Shown here piece by piece: positions 58,653 through 64,000 of a stretch of 64,000 nt of DNA. Below the pieces are notes generated by a model. That model searched no databases, was not told where the DNA came from, and saw only the letters and a program-made list of their open reading frames with translations. Source of the DNA: a bacterium (GTDB taxonomy: Bacteria > Patescibacteriota > Microgenomatia > JAMCZE01). Each line of letters opens with the position of its first letter. The stretch's first letter is position 1. The stretch lies in NCBI GenBank assembly GCA_021836035.1, contig JAKBJL010000004.1, forward strand, positions 131,841-195,840. Direction: 5' to 3'. Made by a program: the position numbers and the translations under genes.

Positions 58653-60462
58653 TCTCTTTGTTAAAGCCAAAAAGAAAATCAAAAATCCCCAGATTTCCCG
58701 GAAAGATTTTCTTCAAAAGTCTTGGGAATTTACTTTTGGCGAGCAGGACCAGGTTGACCTTATTTCCTACTCCGGATTAAAAGAAGAACCCTCATACCTG
58801 CAAGTGGGGGATAAATATGTTCGTACAGTATTTATCTCCGGCTACCCCTACGTCGCCTCTACCGGCTGGCTAAGCATGCTGATAAACTTTAACCATAATA
58901 TCGATATCTCTTATCATATTGAGCAGGTAAACCCGATCTACGCCCTGCCAAAACTTAACCGGAAGATTACCGAGCTGGAATCAACCAAAAGAACCATGCT
59001 CAAGCAGGGAAAAGTCATCGGATCGGAAGTTACCGACCCGTTGGAATCGGCCATGGAGCTAAAAGATAAGATTCAAAGAGGCCAGGAAAAACTCTTCCAG
59101 GTATCAATTTACATGACGGTCACCGCCGACAGCCTAAACGACTTAAACAAAATCACCACCCTTCTGGAAACCGTCATGTCGACCCGCCTCTTTTATACAA
59201 AAACGGCCGTCTTCCAGCAGTTGGAGGGCTTGCAGTCCATTCTTCCCCGGGCGGAGAACCTGCTGGCCCAGAAACGAAACCTGGACAGCTCTTCAGCCGC
59301 CCTGACATTTCCGTTTGTGTCCTCCGAACTGGTCCAGGAATCGGGAATTTTGTATGGAATCAATAAATCCAATAACTCCCTGGTGATCGTGGACCGTTTC
59401 AGCTTAAATAACGCCAACTCCATTATCTTTGCCCAGTCCGGATCGGGCAAAAGCTATACGGCCAAAGTGGAAATTCTTCGCCAGCTGATGCAGGGCACCA
59501 AAGTCATCGTCATCGATCCGGAGCGGGAATATAAACAGCTGGCTTCCTCCGTTAAGGGAACCTATATTAAGCTTTCCGTCAAATCCAGGGAGAAAATTAA
59601 CCCGTTTGATTTTTCCGTCAGTGCCTATTCCGGGGAAAATGACCTGGCTGAGCATATCCAGGACTTAACCGAAATTGTCTCCCTTATGGCGGGCGGTCTT
59701 AATGCCGAGGAAAAGGCGGTTGTCGACAAAGCCCTCCTGCAAACCTACAAAGACCACGGTTACCTCATGTATTACCGTTACACGCCCAAAGAAAATCGGG
59801 ATAAGCACGGCCGAAAACCCGGAAAGAAAAGTATTCCCCGACTGATAGACTTTTACCAAACCCTTAAATCCCTGAAGCAAAAAGACCTCTGCAACCGTCT
59901 GGAACGGTTTGTAAAAGGGTCGCTCTCTTCGGCTTTTGATTCCCAAACCAATATAGAGCTTAATAACCGGCTGGTCATCTTTGACCTTAAAGACCTTAAT
60001 GAATCTTTAAGACAAATTATGATGCTGGTGGTGGCCAACTTTGTCCATTCCCGGGTCAAAACCAAACCGCAAAAAAGAATCCTGGTCATCGACGAGGGAT
60101 GGATGCTTTTGCAACAGGAAGAAAGCGCCCGGTTTATCTCCAACCTGGTCAGGCGGGCCAGAAAATACTACCTGGGAGTCACTCTTATTTCCCAGCAGGC
60201 TAGCGATTTTCTAACCCAGGAATACGGCCGGGCTATCGCTTCCCAATCCGCCTTAAGAATTCTTATGAAGCAGGATACGACCACCATTAAGAAAGTTACC
60301 GAGGAGTTCGACCTGAGCGGGTATGAAGCGCACTTTTTATTAACCTGTGACCGGGGAGAAGCTTTAATTATTGCCGACCAGAACCACGTGGCCCTCAAAG
60401 TGGTGGCCTCGGAAAAAGAACACCCGCCCTTAACCACCGACCCGAGAGAAATTTATCTTTAA
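58642..60462 (+). CDS. virB4: VirB4/TraE-family T4SS ATPase (C-terminal NTPase part)
   Basis: Walker A AQSGSGKSYTAK, VIDPEREY and Walker B RILVIDEGWMLL. Confidence 0.8.
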   Translation: MMFNLFVKAKKKIKNPQISRKDFLQKSWEFTFGEQDQVDLISYSGLKEEPSYLQVGDKYVRTVFISGYPYVASTGWLSMLINFNHNIDISYHIEQVNPIYALPKLNRKITELESTKRTMLKQGKVIGSEVTDPLESAMELKDKIQRGQEKLFQVSIYMTVTADSLNDLNKITTLLETVMSTRLFYTKTAVFQQLEGLQSILPRAENLLAQKRNLDSSSAALTFPFVSSELVQESGILYGINKSNNSLVIVDRFSLNNANSIIFAQSGSGKSYTAKVEILRQLMQGTKVIVIDPEREYKQLASSVKGTYIKLSVKSREKINPFDFSVSAYSGENDLAEHIQDLTEIVSLMAGGLNAEEKAVVDKALLQTYKDHGYLMYYRYTPKENRDKHGRKPGKKSIPRLIDFYQTLKSLKQKDLCNRLERFVKGSLSSAFDSQTNIELNNRLVIFDLKDLNESLRQIMMLVVANFVHSRVKTKPQKRILVIDEGWMLLQQEESARFISNLVRRARKYYLGVTLISQQASDFLTQEYGRAIASQSALRILMKQDTTTIKKVTEEFDLSGYEAHFLLTCDRGEALIIADQNHVALKVVASEKEHPPLTTDPREIYL

Positions 60463-60469
60463 TAAATGA

Positions 60470-61087
60470 ATGAATCAGCTAAAAATCGGGTTGCTCTTAT
60501 GGTCATATAAGCGGGAATTATCCTACGTTTTACTGGCCTTCCTAATTGTTCTTCTCCTTCCGGTTATTGCCGTGATTATTCTTATGAATACCGGTATTAA
60601 TATCGTTTCTGATAAATTAGCTACGGTTGACAGCAAAACCCAGGCAATTGAAATCCACGATCCCAAAGACGGCTCGATAATTAAAAAGATTAAGCCTGTC
60701 ATCTCCTGGCCGGTCGGAGGGGTTTATACCCTGGAATTTGGCCAGTCAGACCTGCCTTATGAGGTTCTCCATTCCGGGATCGATATTGCCAATCCGCAGG
60801 GTAAAGTCGGTGATCCCGTCCACCCGTTCATGGACGGAACGGTTATTTACGCCGGGGAAATTTGGTGGGGTTACGGAAAACATATAATTATCGATAATGG
60901 AAATAATATTACTTCGCTATACGGGCATCTGGATAAAATTTACGCCTATCCGGGACAACAGGTGACAATCAACGATGTTATCGGCAACGAAGGAACCTCG
61001 GGTTGGTCTACCGGGCCGCATTTGCATTTCCAAGTTAGTGTTTTTGGAATTCCGCTAAATCCGAGAACGTTTTTAAGATCAGGTTAA
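60470..61087 (+). CDS. membrane-anchored M23-family peptidoglycan endopeptidase (T4SS-associated cell-wall hydrolase)
   Basis: An N-terminal TM helix plus M23 motifs HSGIDIA (HxxxD) and GPHLHFQV (HxH). Confidence 0.8.
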   Translation: MNQLKIGLLLWSYKRELSYVLLAFLIVLLLPVIAVIILMNTGINIVSDKLATVDSKTQAIEIHDPKDGSIIKKIKPVISWPVGGVYTLEFGQSDLPYEVLHSGIDIANPQGKVGDPVHPFMDGTVIYAGEIWWGYGKHIIIDNGNNITSLYGHLDKIYAYPGQQVTINDVIGNEGTSGWSTGPHLHFQVSVFGIPLNPRTFLRSG

Positions 61088-61477
61088 CTTTAAAAAGTTT
61101 ATTTAGGCAAAACGTTGCTTGGCTCTCTTAGACAAATATAGTAACCAATGGGGTCAATCATTCGAAAATCCTTACTTCCCCAAAGTTTCATTTCTGATGG
61201 TGTAATAATGCTTTTTATTCCAATAGTTTGTAATGCCTTTCGTTAATTACTTGAATCTTTGTCTATTTTACCGGAGACCTGCCAAACTAGGTGTTTCACA
61301 GGGAAGTTGATAACAGGAAATGCCATGATTATTGTGCTCAACCAACGATAGGCAACGTCTCTTTAAGCATTGAATTTCTGAAAATCTTGATTGACTAACC
61401 CCTGGTTTCAAATTCTATTTTTGATGTTTTTCTCGCGCTACCGTAGGCTCTTTTAGCAGAAGAAAAATTTTTGAAAA

Positions 61478-63919
61478 TTATGAGAGTAACATTTTCTCTA
61501 GCCTAGCTAGGGTGTGATTAATACTTCCAACCTCAGAGCCACTTTTCCATGAAGTAAATCCATCTATCTTGGCTACCATGGCAGCAATTTTCGGCCTGAG
61601 CTGTTTTTCTTGTATAGTCATTTCCGTGAATTCCTCTAGTGCTGATAAAAATTGCCCTAGTCTAAATGCGTTAGGCTCTGCTGTGTCTAATATTCCTGCT
61701 AACCTATTCATAACACCTACATAAGTTGTTCTATCGGTCCTAGCTAAGTCTAAAAGTGCTTTTGGATAGTTTTCATACAATTTATCTCTTGCTTGACCAT
61801 TAGCCCACTGGGCAAATTTACTGGCAGGATAGATTGAATCTATAGTGCTCAACTTTCTCTTCCCTTCGATTGAAAGTGGCCCGCCCGCTGGTGGAATGGG
61901 AATTGTTGGTCCAGAAACTTTTCCTTTCCCAGCCCCGGGTATGGCCGTCGAGGCTGAGGGGGTTTTGAGTGGTTCTTCCTCTTTTACCTCCTCTACTGTT
62001 TCACCTTCATCCAGAAGATCACTAGCCGCTGCGCTTACTGGTCGTCTTAATCGACCGTACGGATCAAGTTTGGCAACAATTTCGGCAGAGGTGTATTGGC
62101 TCTTAGGGACATAACGCTTGCCGTCGTAACCGCTCCAGGCGTTAAGAGTGTTTTGGTCAAGGCCCGCAATTCTTAAGTCTTCAACTTTTACGCCACGAAA
62201 GAATCCTTGCAGGGCAAAAATCTCCGCCAGGTAATAGCGGTCTTCCTCTGGGAAGTTTTCATTATTAATAAAGGCGACAATCCGGCGGTTAAGAAACTCT
62301 CGGAATGTTAATCCCTCCCGCTGGGCATCTTCCCAGCCAACTAACATGTCCAAGGCTTTGCCCGGATCGAGGACTGCTTCTCTTAGAGTGGCGGGTTTCC
62401 CGATTGACTCTTGTCCTCTGGCTGCCAAAATCTGGCCTTGCGCTGTGGCGACAGTTTGGCCGAGATATGATTTTTGAACCCATTCGGTGGCGTCACAAAG
62501 CGCACGCAGAGTATCGTTGGCATCCTTGACCGACAACCTCACTCCACCTCGAACATCCATCAGAGAAGCCAACATAATGTCGTATAGCTCGGCGGGCGGA
62601 AAATAATCAATTGGTAACGGTTCAAACATTCTGACGAGTGCTGGGTCAAGTTTTTCTCTGTCAGCGTGTTTCTCGCTTTTAACATTCTCGGTGGCGCCAA
62701 CGGCAAATCTGTCTCCCACAGTAATCTTTTTATCGCTGTCCTCCTGGATAGTAATTGGCTGACCAACTCGGGCATTAAGATCTGTCTTGAGTCTTAATAG
62801 AATCTTATTTGGTACGGCGTTTATTTCGTCAAAAATGAAGGGTACGTTTCTCTCGATAGACCTGACAAACGGAGCCGAACCAAACATCAGGGTAACTTGG
62901 CCTTCTTTAACGCCGCCCTTGGTCTTGCCATAAACTTCATAATTGGTCATCAGCTCATGGCCCGTTAATCGCTCTGCTTCTTCCCCGAACAAACCTCTCG
63001 AGGCATGAAGAAGAAGCTCGGTTTTACCGCCACCGGTTGGCCCCGTTAAAAGAACTTTCTTACCCCGTGACCAATATTCTCTAACTGCGTCGATATATTT
63101 TCCTCGGCTCGGGGTCTCGGCAAATCGATCAGTTTTTAGTCCGTGCTGGTATCCTTCCAATTCCCGAAGTCTGGCGAGGTCAAAAACCTCCGGATCCTTC
63201 TTAAGAAAATCTGCTCGTTCTTCAAGAGCTTTTGTTATTTGTCGATTTTCGTCGATAATTCTTTGTTCCCCTGGCGAATACTGCCTGCCTTGCAAAAAGG
63301 CTGCTCTCGCCATTTTTTCTTGCTGTAATCTTAGCTGACATACCGCCGTCTCACATTCGGTAGCTTCTTTGGCGCTTCGCAGTTTATTCACTCTCTCTTC
63401 TCTTAAACGGGCGTATTGCTGCGCCACTTGGGGATATTTTGTCAGTTCGCTAATATGCTCTTCCACTTCCCGCAGTTCTCTCAGGTCGCTTTCGACAGTG
63501 CGCTGGCTAACATCGGTTCGGGTAACTTCGGCTACAACCGCTCGCATGTCACCTTTTTTAATTTGATCGAGTCTTTCTTGCAACGACTTAACAGGTTGTT
63601 GGGCTGACTTGCTATCTGGAACCGGGGTACCGCCTTTTGAGTGCCGTGTTAAATCAATTCTCAGTTCCACTCTTTTAACCAAGAAGTCATATAGCTCGGC
63701 AGTTTTATCTTGAATTTCCTGGGGGGAGAGAGGGGCACCTTCGATTTTCTTAGCTGCCTGTCCGACAGTCTCTTTTGCTTTGGCAGTTAACTCGCCAAGA
63801 AATCCGCCTTTAGGTTCTAGCGGTTTTTGCCCAGAAATTGGTTGTCTTTGTGCCTCTAAATCCTTTGGCAGTGTTGGCGCAAAATTTCTCGATACTTCTT
63901 TAACAAGTAATTCAGCCAC
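61478..63919 (-). CDS. large AAA_5 (MoxR/McrB-like) ATPase with long N-terminal coiled-coil region
   Basis: 813 aa with Walker A VLLTGPTGGGKTEL and Walker B/sensor FIFDEINAVPNKILLRLKTDLNAR, and a charged helical N-terminal region of about 280 aa. The gene is GC-richer than the host genes. Confidence 0.55.
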   Translation of the reverse strand: MAELLVKEVSRNFAPTLPKDLEAQRQPISGQKPLEPKGGFLGELTAKAKETVGQAAKKIEGAPLSPQEIQDKTAELYDFLVKRVELRIDLTRHSKGGTPVPDSKSAQQPVKSLQERLDQIKKGDMRAVVAEVTRTDVSQRTVESDLRELREVEEHISELTKYPQVAQQYARLREERVNKLRSAKEATECETAVCQLRLQQEKMARAAFLQGRQYSPGEQRIIDENRQITKALEERADFLKKDPEVFDLARLRELEGYQHGLKTDRFAETPSRGKYIDAVREYWSRGKKVLLTGPTGGGKTELLLHASRGLFGEEAERLTGHELMTNYEVYGKTKGGVKEGQVTLMFGSAPFVRSIERNVPFIFDEINAVPNKILLRLKTDLNARVGQPITIQEDSDKKITVGDRFAVGATENVKSEKHADREKLDPALVRMFEPLPIDYFPPAELYDIMLASLMDVRGGVRLSVKDANDTLRALCDATEWVQKSYLGQTVATAQGQILAARGQESIGKPATLREAVLDPGKALDMLVGWEDAQREGLTFREFLNRRIVAFINNENFPEEDRYYLAEIFALQGFFRGVKVEDLRIAGLDQNTLNAWSGYDGKRYVPKSQYTSAEIVAKLDPYGRLRRPVSAAASDLLDEGETVEEVKEEEPLKTPSASTAIPGAGKGKVSGPTIPIPPAGGPLSIEGKRKLSTIDSIYPASKFAQWANGQARDKLYENYPKALLDLARTDRTTYVGVMNRLAGILDTAEPNAFRLGQFLSALEEFTEMTIQEKQLRPKIAAMVAKIDGFTSWKSGSEVGSINHTLARLEKMLLS

Positions 63920-64000
63920 GGTTTTCTTCTCTACTATTATTATTATAGCTCAATTCATCGATAGCTTGTCCGAGAATCCGAGCCATTTGCGAGGTAAAGT

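Noticed and set aside
1-64000. CRISPR arrays, rRNA genes
   Set aside because: No direct-repeat/spacer periodicity and no rRNA-like conserved blocks were seen on either strand.

Overview
The window is AT-rich with compact housekeeping genes (gatCAB, asnB, htpX, lemA, polX, recJ, an ECF sigma factor, a MacB/FtsX-type ABC transporter, and tRNA-His and tRNA-Asp). Together with cell-envelope glycosyltransferases, this looks like a reduced-genome, probably Patescibacteria/CPR-like, bacterium; that assignment is inference from the gene set only.

Three things stand out:

(1) 31.8-40.8 kb: a conserved PBP1C plus alpha-2-macroglobulin-like pair. The 2183-aa macroglobulin carries a thioester CTEQ motif and an embedded 130-aa Hint/mini-intein-like domain that has the canonical C1 and terminal HN but Gln at +1.

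(2) 41.3 kb to the end of the window: a compositionally distinct, visibly GC-richer conjugative-element-like island. It holds a VirD4/TraD-like coupling ATPase and a Replic_Relax protein. Its T4SS module has a VirB2-like pilin, VirB6-like and VirB3-like proteins, a virB4 split in two, and an M23 hydrolase. A large AAA_5 ATPase closes the window.

(3) 44.9-54.9 kb, the cargo between those modules. It has two AbiEi/AbiEii pairs, DUF2958, and an S51-peptidase/DinB, VOC and Lnu-like nucleotidyltransferase operon with an HD protein. It is littered with gene remnants and a family of repeated promoter-like elements (TTGACA-N16-TATAAC followed by a conserved CAGGACAGGAC leader). A second repeat couples a terminator to a gene-tail remnant.

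A further small tRNA-Asp-proximal islet (28-31.7 kb) carries HD and DUF3800 proteins, structured hairpins and a transposase remnant. No CRISPR array or rRNA was seen.
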